Notes: generated by a model not told the origin, from the letters alone. 42,036 bases of DNA from Candidatus Micrarchaeaceae archaeon (GCA_038878295.1 JAVZVY010000003.1:1-42036); one strand, 5' to 3'; positions 26,488 to 35,793 are shown, counted from the stretch's first letter. Translations and numbers: made by a program.

Positions 26488-27998
26488 CTTACCAACTTGT
26501 ACGCGTTTATTCTGTTTATGATTTCGATTGTAGAATCGGTATCTTTGCATATTCTACTTAGGTAGGATTGCCTGGCTTTTAACTCGCGTAACGCCGAATT
26601 TTTTGAGATGCCATTGCGGGCAGAATACGCGCCGATTACTTTAGATTCTTTTATGGCTTCAGGATTTATGGCTCCGTTTCCGACAACTTTTGTTATTTCA
26701 ACCGCATTTGAATCGTCTATAACTTCGGCAGAAGCTTCGGCCTCGGCTCTGCTTAGCCATTTGTATTCGTACGCATCCGAAAGAATTCTCTTTGCAAGGC
26801 CTATCTGCGCCGTAAACACAGAAAGATCGAGCGCACTGAGGGCATTCGGATCTACAGACATCGGTTTTACTAGGAGCTTCTTAAGAAGTGCGAGACCATC
26901 TTCATTGCTGTGCATCGTAGTCATAAAAGGTATGCCAAGATTCGCGCCTGCAAAGAGCTCCTTGGTTTCTTCGGCGCGTATCTCACCTACAACAAGCCTC
27001 TCGGGACGCATCCTTAGCGCATTTATTACCTGTTCCTTTGTTGCCACAGCGCCATTGTACCTTGAGCCGTATAGGGATACAACATTTATCGCATTTGGAT
27101 AAAACCGTATCTCGTTTACGTCTTCTTCTACGGTGAGTATTCTATTGTACTTTGGCACAAACGACAAAAGCGCATTCAAAAGTGTGGTTTTTCCGCTCGC
27201 CGGTGCGCCGGCTACGACTATGTTGAGGCCGGCTTCGATGGCAAGCCAAAGATACGCGAGCACTTCTTCGGTTACTGTGCCATTCTTTACAAGCGTGGCT
27301 ATGTTGAGGTCCTTTTTTCCGCCTACTCGTATGGTTGCGGCTGCGCCACTGGTTACATATGGTCTAATCTGCGCGTGTAGCCTTGCTTCGTTGACTTGAG
27401 TGTCTATTATTGGAGTTTCGTCGTTCAGTTCCTTCTCGGTAGATATTATGAATCTATTTATCGTGTTTACAAATGAATATTCGTCCACAAAGTGCACGTT
27501 TGTCTGGCATCTGCCGTATCTTGCATGATAAATGCTTATAGGCGTTGTAGGCGCGTTGATCTCTATTTCTTCTATGTTTTGCTTGTCTTCAAGAAGCATG
27601 CTTATTGGGCCACTTCCGGCCGTGTCGTGAGCTATAAGTTGCGCTATGTAGAATGCTCTCTCTTGTGGCAGTTGCGTCATGAGTTCAAACTTTGCGATTT
27701 CTTCGATTTTATCGAAACTTGGTCCACTTTCATCGGCAGAAGATGCATGCTCTATCACATGCGCCTTTACGATGCAAGCTATATCTTCCTCGCGTCTTGA
27801 AAGTACGGCAGCCTCAGAATTGATGAGGTAATTGTACGCGTTGCCGATTTTTACTATAGACCTTGGTATTGGAAGGTTTATTTCCTCAACCTTTTCACCG
27901 CCAGACTGTTCGGACATTGCAAAACTTAGCCTGCTGACTATATGTGTGGTTCTGGCATTAGGTTTTTTTCTAAAAATCCGCGCTATTTCTTGTATCAT
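26484..27998 (-). CDS. type II/IV secretion (VirB11/TadA/CpaF-like) pilus assembly ATPase
   Basis: Walker A GAPASGKTT, Asp box TVEED..E, Walker B LRMRPERLVVGEIR and His box TTMH. Confidence 0.92.
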   Translation of the reverse strand: MIQEIARIFRKKPNARTTHIVSRLSFAMSEQSGGEKVEEINLPIPRSIVKIGNAYNYLINSEAAVLSRREEDIACIVKAHVIEHASSADESGPSFDKIEEIAKFELMTQLPQERAFYIAQLIAHDTAGSGPISMLLEDKQNIEEIEINAPTTPISIYHARYGRCQTNVHFVDEYSFVNTINRFIISTEKELNDETPIIDTQVNEARLHAQIRPYVTSGAAATIRVGGKKDLNIATLVKNGTVTEEVLAYLWLAIEAGLNIVVAGAPASGKTTLLNALLSFVPKYNRILTVEEDVNEIRFYPNAINVVSLYGSRYNGAVATKEQVINALRMRPERLVVGEIRAEETKELFAGANLGIPFMTTMHSNEDGLALLKKLLVKPMSVDPNALSALDLSVFTAQIGLAKRILSDAYEYKWLSRAEAEASAEVIDDSNAVEITKVVGNGAINPEAIKESKVIGAYSARNGISKNSALRELKARQSYLSRICKDTDSTIEIINRINAYKLVR

Positions 27999-28220
27999 AA
28001 TATCATTTTATATACCAAAGTAAATATTATTATATTATGATACAATCACATTTATATATCTTTCTAGAATTAGAGCTTGATATCTGGCTTTTTTGAGATT
28101 CGGCAACATCAACATTTAAATATTTTGGTTTACAATAGTAAACGGGTGCCATTTATTAGGGCATGTTCATAAGGCTTTGCACGGATTGCTGCTGGCCTAT
28201 AACGCTGCGGTGCCGATAAG

Positions 28221-28544
28221 ATGTCTATAAATAAGGCTGATGACGAGATATGGTTGCTTAGAAAAATAATAAGCAAGCCTAATTACGCGTTGCTAAGGCT
28301 TCTCATGGAGAAATCGCCTAGGAGCACAAAGGAGATATACATAATTCTTGGAAAGAAATTCACGAGGAAGACTTTGATAATATCGCTTAGGGATCTCTCA
28401 ATGAACTTCAATGCCATACAGCCAGCCCACATAAGGACTGAAAGGGGTTACGGCCTTGGTTACGCAATAAACCCAGCACTTAAGGGCATTATAAAGAATC
28501 TCGAGAAATTCGAAAAGAGCATAGAAGGAATGACGAAGCTATAG
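28221..28544 (+). CDS. small winged-HTH-like protein
   Basis: Basic 107-aa ORF (PRSTKEIY...RKTLIISLRDL...GYAIN), divergent from the pilus operon. Confidence 0.55.
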   Translation: MSINKADDEIWLLRKIISKPNYALLRLLMEKSPRSTKEIYIILGKKFTRKTLIISLRDLSMNFNAIQPAHIRTERGYGLGYAINPALKGIIKNLEKFEKSIEGMTKL

Positions 28545-28571
28545 CATTTTGCTCTCGTTGCATTGAAAAGG

Positions 28572-29471
28572 CTATTTTTCTGAGAGATACAATAGAATTG
28601 CTTTTTCGAGGAGGAGTTTGTTTCTTGACTGCTGCCACACGATGCTTCTAGGGCCGTCTAGCACCTCATCTGTTATTTCTTCGCCTCTGTGCGCGGGTAG
28701 GCAGTGCATCACCTTTGCATTCTCCTTAGCTTTCGAAAGCAGCTCTGAATTGAGCTGGTACGGAGCGAAGAGCTTCCTCCGTTTTTCAGCTTCGCTCTCC
28801 TGACCCATGCTTACGAATGTGTCAGTATACACGATATCGGCGTCGGACAGCCCTTCAGATGGGTCGTTGTATACGTAAACTTCGCTGTATTCTCTTGCCT
28901 TGTTGAAATATATCGGATTCGGTTGGTAGCCTTTCGGCCCGACCAAAGCTATTTTCATGCCCATTTTTGCCGCGCCAAGCATAAGGGAGTTGGCGACGTT
29001 GTCCGCTATGTCGCCCAGAAATGCAAGCGTTATGCCTCTAAGCTTGCCCTTTTCCTCGCGAATGGTATAGAGATCGCTCACAGCCTGGCACGGATGCTCC
29101 AAATCTGTAAGAGCATTTATCACGGGCACAGAAGCGTTGTTGGCGAGCTCCATAAGGTCACTGTGCTTGTAAAGCCTTGCGGCTATGAAGTCGACGTAGC
29201 CGCTGAGCACTCTCGCGGTATCGGCAAGCGTTTCCCCACGAGACATCTGAGAGGTTTTTGCGTCTATGTATATTGCATGGCCGCCAAGTTGCGCCATCGC
29301 GACCTCGAACGAAACCCTTGTCCTTGTAGAGGGCTTTTCGAAGATAAGTGCCATTGTGGAATTTGGCTTGAGGGATGATTCTTCTTCGCCCTTCTTGAGC
29401 CTGTCTGCTATGCTGAAAATCGCTTCTATCTTCTCCCTTGAAAGGTCGTCTATGCCCAAAAAATTCTGCAT
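28572..29471 (-). CDS. argF: ornithine carbamoyltransferase
   Basis: FEKPSTRTRVSFE, HPCQ, YTDTFVSMG and HCLPAHRGEE. Start at ATG 29471 (GGTG + 5 nt). Confidence 0.95.
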   Translation of the reverse strand: MQNFLGIDDLSREKIEAIFSIADRLKKGEEESSLKPNSTMALIFEKPSTRTRVSFEVAMAQLGGHAIYIDAKTSQMSRGETLADTARVLSGYVDFIAARLYKHSDLMELANNASVPVINALTDLEHPCQAVSDLYTIREEKGKLRGITLAFLGDIADNVANSLMLGAAKMGMKIALVGPKGYQPNPIYFNKAREYSEVYVYNDPSEGLSDADIVYTDTFVSMGQESEAEKRRKLFAPYQLNSELLSKAKENAKVMHCLPAHRGEEITDEVLDGPRSIVWQQSRNKLLLEKAILLYLSEK

Positions 29472-29475
29472 TGCA

Positions 29476-29850
29476 TCACCCAAATATAGAACCGAAGCCG
29501 AATTCGGCCTTCGACCTTTCGTCTTCAACCGCCTCTATTACTTTACGCTCATCTTCGGGATTGAGCCTTGATATGCTGCTTATATTTGACTTGAGCTTTT
29601 TCTCGGCGCTCTCCATGAATTCAGGCGAAGCATTTATGTAAAGGTAATATTTGCCTTTATCGAGGTTTAGTGAAACGCCGTCCTTGAGGACGTAGTCCTG
29701 CCTTGCGAAGATTATGTTTGCGTCCTTGTCATCCCTAAGCTTCTTAAGATCATCTTCAGTAAGATTCTTGTCGAGATACGGGTCGTATTCCAGCATCTTC
29801 TTTAGGGCTGGCAGATCAGCAATGTCGCAGGAATAAACTCTTGCCACCAT
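29476..29850 (-). CDS. hypothetical protein
   Basis: Compact ORF between rps8e and argF ending in AEFGFGSIFG; function not recognised. Confidence 0.7.
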   Translation of the reverse strand: MVARVYSCDIADLPALKKMLEYDPYLDKNLTEDDLKKLRDDKDANIIFARQDYVLKDGVSLNLDKGKYYLYINASPEFMESAEKKLKSNISSISRLNPEDERKVIEAVEDERSKAEFGFGSIFG

Positions 29851-29872
29851 AAGCATCAGATTCAAGAGCGCG

Positions 29873-30271
29873 TTATTGCTCTATGAGCTTGGCGTTGACG
29901 CAGCCATCCCTACCGAGCCTGTTTAGGATTACCGCCTTGCCAAGGTCGGTTTCTATTATTGAGCCTTTGGTCATTATGTTAAGCCTTGCGAAATTTCTGT
30001 TGTCTTTTGACTCTACAACGCCCTTTATCTTGGCTTTTTTGAAGCCATCTTTAGTCAAAACATTCGCAAACGCCGCGACCTTGAGCTTTTGCCTGGAGCT
30101 ACCACCCCTGCTTCTAACGTTTTTCAGTACATTTTCTTCGCCAGTTTTTGTGGCTATGAAGTAGCCGCCGATTTCGTGCCTTCTCTTGTCTCTGCGTTTG
30201 CCTATAAGTTTGCCGTTTCCAGCATTCTTCCTATCTGATTTTACATGAAGTTGTACGCCGAATTGAGCCAT
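29873..30271 (-). CDS. rps8e: 30S ribosomal protein S8e
   Basis: KRRHEIG, RSRGG, IMTKGSIIETDLGKA and GRDGCVNA. Confidence 0.93.
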   Translation of the reverse strand: MAQFGVQLHVKSDRKNAGNGKLIGKRRDKRRHEIGGYFIATKTGEENVLKNVRSRGGSSRQKLKVAAFANVLTKDGFKKAKIKGVVESKDNRNFARLNIMTKGSIIETDLGKAVILNRLGRDGCVNAKLIEQ

Positions 30272-30508
30272 TGTATCGCTTCTTATTTATTATCCGTAAA
30301 GGTTTATTAAACTTTATGCCGAAGAGACCGCATTCAAAACGACCGACAGCAGCGACGCCTTGTTAGCTTCAAGAAGCGATAAAACTTGCACACAGACCGA
30401 GGCTCGCTCTGGCTACTGCTTTTAGGTGATTTTCTTTTAAATATATAAATATTGATTGAGTGTTATTGTTACGCAAGTACATTACACGCTTTGCAAAAGT
30501 GGTTAGCG

Positions 30509-30970
30509 ATGTCTGTACCAGATATAGAAAAATTTTTGTTCGATGAAAGAAGCAGGCCTTTGGCGTTCTTATGCAGCTCCGCAAGGAGCGTCAATGATAT
30601 GATTACATGGATAGAAGGCAATACTAATGGCGAACAGTTTGTGCAAATCTTCAGGCATGACGAGGCCATCATTGATTTGCTTTTGCCCGCTTATCTGAAT
30701 GCGGTCGAAAGATACAAATGGGGCATGCTTAGAACAAAGGATCTGGCGCACGAGATGCTCGTGCTCGTTGCAAGGACTTTTGATACGCACAAAGCAATAT
30801 CCAGCTTTGGAGCGGATTCGAATTCTGAATTTATTGCCTTTGCTGCTGGCGGCCCGATTTTTGAAAAATTCTCAAAGGAGAATTCCGTTAAAGCAATCAA
30901 AGAATACAAGCTTGCGCTCTCAGAGGATGCCGCCTCTGAGATTAACTCGTTTCTGCTAATGCAGAAGTAG
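30509..30970 (+). CDS. KEOPS subunit Cgi121-like protein
   Basis: LAHEMLVLVARTFDTHKAISSFG resembles the Cgi121 E.LL..A.T.QI..AI..FG segment. Confidence 0.6.
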   Translation: MSVPDIEKFLFDERSRPLAFLCSSARSVNDMITWIEGNTNGEQFVQIFRHDEAIIDLLLPAYLNAVERYKWGMLRTKDLAHEMLVLVARTFDTHKAISSFGADSNSEFIAFAAGGPIFEKFSKENSVKAIKEYKLALSEDAASEINSFLLMQK

Positions 30971-31864
30971 GTACGCTGATGAAAACGCGGCAGCGAAACC
31001 GACTAGAGCTACAAGAAGCCAAGTGGCCACTATCGCAATCAGAGGTCCTTTCAGGAGCAGTCTGCTTTTGTAGCCTATTCCGGCTCCGTATATGCTTGAC
31101 GTGTATGTCTGTGTGTTTGATATTGGCACGCCAAGCAGAGTGCCCACCTCGACGGCTATCATTGAAGAAACCTGCGTATTTATGGTATCGATGTATCTCA
31201 GCGGCATTATCTCGTTGCCCATGCGCCGAAGCTCGCCGCCGCTCAGAAAGACTGAGCCGATTATTATCGCAAGCGCGACTATCAGGAAGTGGTATGGCGA
31301 GTTAGGCACAGCCGCATATAGAAAACCGAGCGTGTTTGCGCCCAAAGTAAATGCTGTTAGGAAGGCTGCCACTATGGCTGCGAGCCTTATGGCTCTGAGT
31401 TTTGCCCATATCCCCTTTGCAGGTATTTTTTTAGAGGCTTTCGTTGCCGAGAAGGCTATGGCCATCGACAAAAGCGAACCTATGATCCAGAATATTAGCA
31501 TAATCGCTATGAAGGATGCATCCATTTTTAGACCAGAAGCGAGGCTTATGCCAATCAGTATGCTGGCAAAGCTTATGGATAACGATTGAGGCACCCTGAA
31601 TCTGTGCGCTATTATGAAAATGACGTTTGCTATGGCAAACGCAAGAAGGATCAATGTTTCGCTTTTATACGGCATCAGCGCAGTTATGCTCCCGCTCAGA
31701 AAACCGCCTTGAAAGTAGATTCCAGCTATGTATCCAAGCGCTGCTACGGCTATGCCTGTAGTCTTCCTTACGAGCCTGCCAGATATTATGCTGCCTGAGC
31801 AAGCGGCAAGATTGTTTCCAGAAACGAGCGCCACAAGCAGAAACAGCAGAGCCAAAACCGCCAA
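30956..31864 (-). CDS. inorganic phosphate transporter (PiT family)
   Basis: Repeats GNN...P.S and GAN...GVPISNTQ; downstream of a DUF47 gene. Confidence 0.82.
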   Translation of the reverse strand: MAVLALLFLLVALVSGNNLAACSGSIISGRLVRKTTGIAVAALGYIAGIYFQGGFLSGSITALMPYKSETLILLAFAIANVIFIIAHRFRVPQSLSISFASILIGISLASGLKMDASFIAIMLIFWIIGSLLSMAIAFSATKASKKIPAKGIWAKLRAIRLAAIVAAFLTAFTLGANTLGFLYAAVPNSPYHFLIVALAIIIGSVFLSGGELRRMGNEIMPLRYIDTINTQVSSMIAVEVGTLLGVPISNTQTYTSSIYGAGIGYKSRLLLKGPLIAIVATWLLVALVGFAAAFSSAYLLLH

Positions 31865-31877
31865 TCCTATCAGTGAA

Positions 31878-32507
31878 TCATCTCATTATCGATGACATTA
31901 TTGTCATAAATGCATCTGCCGCATCTTCGCAATTGTCCAGAATGTCATCAGCTTTGTGGGCTAGCTCAACTACATGGTAGAAATCCTTAAAGTCAATCTT
32001 ATGCTTGTACGCATAGTCGAACATTCTGTCCTTTATTTCGTCGCCGGCTTCTTCTATGGCTTCTATCTTCATCCTTTGTCTGCCTATGAAGCCCATGTCG
32101 TCGCCGGATTCCATCTTCTTTAAATGATCAAGCGCTTCTGCGGCAAGCTTGTTAAGCTGAAGCAGGCTTTTACTGCAGTATGCGAATACCTTCCTGCTGG
32201 GCTTGTACCTCATTATCTCCCTGGAAAGATTATATATAGAGTCTACTATGTTATCCTCTTTGTCGAGCATCTCTATCATGTTGTCTATTAAGTTAGGGGC
32301 TATTGCACCGGATGATACTGCGTTTGCTATTTTGAATTCTTCGCTGTCAGACTTCTTTTCGAGGTCCCTGATCTTATCGCTATTGGCATAGCTGCTTATT
32401 GTTCCTGCAAGAAGGCCATTTGCCTCAATCGCTATGTCTATTATCTTTATGTTTTCCTTGAGTATTTTCTCATCGCCGCCCATTAGGACTTTTTCGAGTA
32501 TGCCCAT
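31878..32507 (-). CDS. DUF47/PhoU-like phosphate transport regulator
   Basis: Duplicated helical E...D motifs (LEKKSD; IEEAGD...DDILD); adjacent to PiT. Confidence 0.85.
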   Translation of the reverse strand: MGILEKVLMGGDEKILKENIKIIDIAIEANGLLAGTISSYANSDKIRDLEKKSDSEEFKIANAVSSGAIAPNLIDNMIEMLDKEDNIVDSIYNLSREIMRYKPSRKVFAYCSKSLLQLNKLAAEALDHLKKMESGDDMGFIGRQRMKIEAIEEAGDEIKDRMFDYAYKHKIDFKDFYHVVELAHKADDILDNCEDAADAFMTIMSSIMR

Positions 32508-33157
32508 TACGTCGCCTCTTCATTGTATTCTGCATTTAAGATTTTATGTATGGTTGCGGCCTTTTTGGAGCCTATCTTGTCTACGCTCTCAAGCTCCTTT
32601 GCTTCCGCATTCGCTATGTTTCTTATGCTTCTGAATTTTTTGAGCAATGCCATCGCCAGCTTTGGGCCAACGCCCTGCACAGATTCCAATATGAGGAGCT
32701 GCCACTGAAGCAATGTGTAGGCTTTTTTCATGCCGACAAGCCTGGGCTCTCTTTTGCCATCGCTCTGTTCCCTTCTCGCTATGGCTTCTATTATATCCGC
32801 AGTTTCTCCGGAGCTGTCAGATACAATAACCTGTATGCCATAATCCAAGTATGCCTTCAGTATCGCGCCCAAGATGACTTTTTGGGAAAGGCGGAATCCG
32901 TCGTTTAGCTCTATCAGCAGTATGGGCTTTGAGAAGCTGTTTTTTAGCCTCTCTAGCTGGTCGAAAAGCCTTGCGTTCATTATGGAGTTTTCGAAATCAG
33001 AAGCGGTCTTCCGCTCTATGCATGCTCTGTCAGAAACGATGTAGTCGCCTACCGGCAGCTGTGCGACCTCTATTGCAATGTCTTTGTTTGAGAGCGCTTC
33101 TATTATCTGAAAGTTTCTTTCTCTGTTATCTATTATTATTTTAACCTGGTCCTGCAT
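32507..33157 (-). CDS. XPF/ERCC4-family structure-specific endonuclease (nuclease + HhH2, no helicase)
   Basis: IIDNRE, LPVGDY, IERKT..DF and GVGPK/KIG HhH motifs. Start trimmed to ATG 33157. Confidence 0.9.
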   Translation of the reverse strand: MQDQVKIIIDNRERNFQIIEALSNKDIAIEVAQLPVGDYIVSDRACIERKTASDFENSIMNARLFDQLERLKNSFSKPILLIELNDGFRLSQKVILGAILKAYLDYGIQVIVSDSSGETADIIEAIARREQSDGKREPRLVGMKKAYTLLQWQLLILESVQGVGPKLAMALLKKFRSIRNIANAEAKELESVDKIGSKKAATIHKILNAEYNEEAT

Positions 33158-33203
33158 AGTTTTTATTTGTGCGCAAACAAATACAAATATATGCGGTAAT
33201 TGC

Positions 33204-33974
33204 TTGTCAATGAAGCGCAGCAAGAGGAAAAGGCCGAGCAGAGAAGAATTCATGCTCAACGAGCAGGTAAAGATAGAGGAAGGTGTCTTCGAAAAGAGAA
33301 CAATGCTGAAAATAGCAGATCTCTTCACCCACGGCGTAATATCAAGACTGAATTTTATCATAGCGCGCGGCAAAGAAGCAGATATATACCTTGCGAATGC
33401 CGGCAGTAAGATCGGCGAGAGTATTGTTGTAGTAAAGATTTTCAGAGTTGAGACATCCCTATTTGATAGGAGAATCGATTATATAGTTGGCGACCCGAGA
33501 TTCGGTAAGATAAAGCACAGCATGCGTGCAATCGTAGAAGAATGGTGCAAGAAAGAATATATAAATCTCAAGATGGCTGAGGAAGCTGGTGTTCACGCCC
33601 CAAAACCCTACATGTTCAGCGGCAATGTCTTGGCGATGGAATTCATAGGCAATGACAGCGTGCCAGCGCCAACGCTAAAGGAAGCGCTTATAAACAACCC
33701 GAATGACATCTTAAAAGAGATAATCGATGATATAAGGAAACTCTACAAGGTAGGTATAGTCCATGCAGATATAAGCGAATATAACATACTTGTAAAAGAT
33801 GGCATCCCTTACATGATAGATTTTGGTCAGGCTGTATCAGTAAAACACCCAAAAGCCGAGGATTTACTTAAGAGGGATGTTTTCAATATCGTCTCATATT
33901 TTAATAAAACCTATGGACTTAATGCCGATCCAAGCATTGAACTTGAAAGCGTAACGAATTATAGCAAGGAATAA
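33204..33974 (+). CDS. rio1: RIO1-family serine/threonine kinase
   Basis: GKEADIY, VKIFR, YIVGDPRF, HADISEYNIL and IDFGQAV. Confidence 0.93.
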   Translation: MSMKRSKRKRPSREEFMLNEQVKIEEGVFEKRTMLKIADLFTHGVISRLNFIIARGKEADIYLANAGSKIGESIVVVKIFRVETSLFDRRIDYIVGDPRFGKIKHSMRAIVEEWCKKEYINLKMAEEAGVHAPKPYMFSGNVLAMEFIGNDSVPAPTLKEALINNPNDILKEIIDDIRKLYKVGIVHADISEYNILVKDGIPYMIDFGQAVSVKHPKAEDLLKRDVFNIVSYFNKTYGLNADPSIELESVTNYSKE

Positions 33975-33982
33975 ATACCTGC

Positions 33983-34585
33983 ATGCACAATGTAGAACAA
34001 GGGAAGGTGTGCCTTGTGGGGAACAGCAAGGGCATAGTAGATAAGCTGAGGCTGCTTGAAAGGAAGGATTTAACATCTGAAACCCATATGAAAAATGACT
34101 ATGAAGCTGTTTTTAAGGATGTGCTGCTTGAGTTCAAGGGAAATGGTGTAGAGGCTTATTATGAGCTTTTCACATTTCCGTTGCAAAATAAAAGGGGCTA
34201 TCTGCCTGACTTTACGACAAACCTTACAGTTGATGGGAAGCTAGTCATTATAGAGGAGCATGCGTCTTTAGACGCTGAATTCCTTGAAAAAATTGGCGAG
34301 TTCAGGGACCGCTACAAGATATACATGATAGTAGGCACCAAAAGCACCGTCGATGTATACACGAACCAGGGGCTCAGTATGGCAAGTTATATGGACGAAT
34401 TTTGGTACGTGCCAAACAACATAAAAGCAAACATAGAAGCTAAGACTTCAAAGGACGCACTCCGTTCCCACATTAACGAGCTGATGAAAAAGGTACAGAT
34501 TCTTGACAGAAGCGCGCTTGCTGAAGTCTTGTACAAATTAATAAGAAATGTTTCCCCGAATGTGCTGGCTATGGCAAAGAACTAG
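33983..34585 (+). CDS. hypothetical protein, possible PD-(D/E)xK-fold nuclease
   Basis: YE....YLPDF...LVIIEEH pattern. Confidence 0.5.
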   Translation: MHNVEQGKVCLVGNSKGIVDKLRLLERKDLTSETHMKNDYEAVFKDVLLEFKGNGVEAYYELFTFPLQNKRGYLPDFTTNLTVDGKLVIIEEHASLDAEFLEKIGEFRDRYKIYMIVGTKSTVDVYTNQGLSMASYMDEFWYVPNNIKANIEAKTSKDALRSHINELMKKVQILDRSALAEVLYKLIRNVSPNVLAMAKN

Positions 34586-34872
34586 GGCACGTTGTAGCCC
34601 TTTTGTTTGAGAAGATCTTTGTCCATAAGGCTGTAGCGCCATATTATGTCGCCACGCTTGTCGCTCTGCACGACCCATGGCTGGACCAGTACTATGTCGC
34701 CCTCTTTTACCCAGAAGAGCCTCTTGAATCTGCCCGGTATGGAGCAAGTACGTTCATTACCGTCGCTGCACAACACAAGAAAGTTGGCTGCACCAAGCGC
34801 CTTTGAGACTCTGCCTAAGACTTCATTGCCTCTAGGAAACTTTAATGTATTGGTAACTTGTTGTGGCATCAT
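34582..34872 (-). CDS. eif1a: translation initiation factor aIF-1A
   Basis: LGAANF.V.CSDG.ER...IPGR and WVKEGD...PW...GDIIWRY. Confidence 0.93.
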   Translation of the reverse strand: MMPQQVTNTLKFPRGNEVLGRVSKALGAANFLVLCSDGNERTCSIPGRFKRLFWVKEGDIVLVQPWVVQSDKRGDIIWRYSLMDKDLLKQKGYNVP

Positions 34873-34879
34873 ATTAGCA

Positions 34880-35293
34880 CTAATAATTCTTAACAGTATA
34901 TCTCGCGCCACATGCCTCGCAGATTATTGTGACGAAGCCGTGCTCTGTCGATTCCACGTGCGTGTCTGGCTTGTGGCACTCCTTGCATATCACATACGTA
35001 TTGAAATATTTTTCTATTTTTGCGTTAAGCGTTTCCTGATTCACTCTTGCATTTATCACAAGCCTGTCCTGCTCCATGTTGACTGGCACGGCAAGCTCTT
35101 TTGTAAGGTACTTCATAATGTCACGCTCCTCCCTCCTTGCAGCCTTGACTATTTCTGAGAAGTTTCTTATGATTGTCTTGCTTCCCTGTATTATTGAATC
35201 GACTTTTGGTATCTTGAAATCTACGTTCTCAGCTGAAAGGTGAGGCAACTCTTCGAAAGCTCTCCCTAGCAGTTGTTCGTATGATTCGTCCAT
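34880..35293 (-). CDS. eif2b: translation initiation factor 2 subunit beta (aIF-2beta)
   Basis: YEQLLGRA, KTIIRNF and a CKEC..PDT...CEACGA zinc ribbon. Confidence 0.94.
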   Translation of the reverse strand: MDESYEQLLGRAFEELPHLSAENVDFKIPKVDSIIQGSKTIIRNFSEIVKAARREERDIMKYLTKELAVPVNMEQDRLVINARVNQETLNAKIEKYFNTYVICKECHKPDTHVESTEHGFVTIICEACGARYTVKNY

Positions 35294-35364
35294 AACATTG
35301 CCTTAAAATTGATAATAGTAGATGTACTTAATATTATTAATACTTAGCTTGACAATTAGTTAAT

Positions 35365-35628
35365 GCAGCAGTAAGGCGGGAAGCTAGGGGTTTCCCACAA
35401 CGCAAATCCCCTTCATGGCGTGCCGCATGCTGGCATTGTGACATGCATGCATGCAAAACATACGCAGAGGCGTTGAGATTCTGCCTTTGGTGATGGGCTT
35501 GCATATGAACCAGGCCAGGCCGGAAGGAGCAACCTTAAGTGTGCAAGGCTATGCTCTAAAGATACAGGATTGAGCTGATGCGGATGCCTCTTGCGTGCCT
35601 TGCATGCTGCTGCGCCAGCTTCTGCTGC
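35365..35628 (+). ncRNA. ffs: signal recognition particle (7S) RNA
   Basis: Helix 8 signature CCAGGCCGGAAGGAGCA, terminal pairing GCAGCAG/CTGCTGC and a long helix 5-like pairing; sits just upstream of tRNA-Ser. Confidence 0.85.
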
Positions 35629-35632
35629 GCGT

Positions 35633-35733
35633 GCCGGGATCGCCTAGTGGTAAAGAAATTCACTAAAGGGCGGCAGCCTGCTAAGCTGTTTGGCTAGAAA
35701 TGGCCTCCGTGGGTTCGATTCCCACTCCCGGCG
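35633..35733 (+). tRNA. tRNA-Ser(GCT) with a 15-nt D-loop intron (about position 20/21)
   Basis: GCCGGGA/TCCCGGC acceptor stem, GCAGC-CTGCTAA-GCTGT anticodon arm, long variable arm and GTTCGATTC. BHB intron at 35652-35666. Confidence 0.9.
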
Positions 35734-35793
35734 CTTTTACCGTTTGCGATTGCATTCAGATACATTCTTATTTTTGATTTTGCATAGCAAATC

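Noticed and set aside
30290-30450. Possible sRNA or 16-codon ORF (MPKRPHSKRPTAATPC) between rps8e and the Cgi121-like gene
   Set aside because: No convincing stem or box C/D or H/ACA motifs; divergent promoters can explain the region.
35425-35455. ATGC/GCAT short repeats
   Set aside because: They fall inside the SRP RNA stem and are not a separate repeat element.
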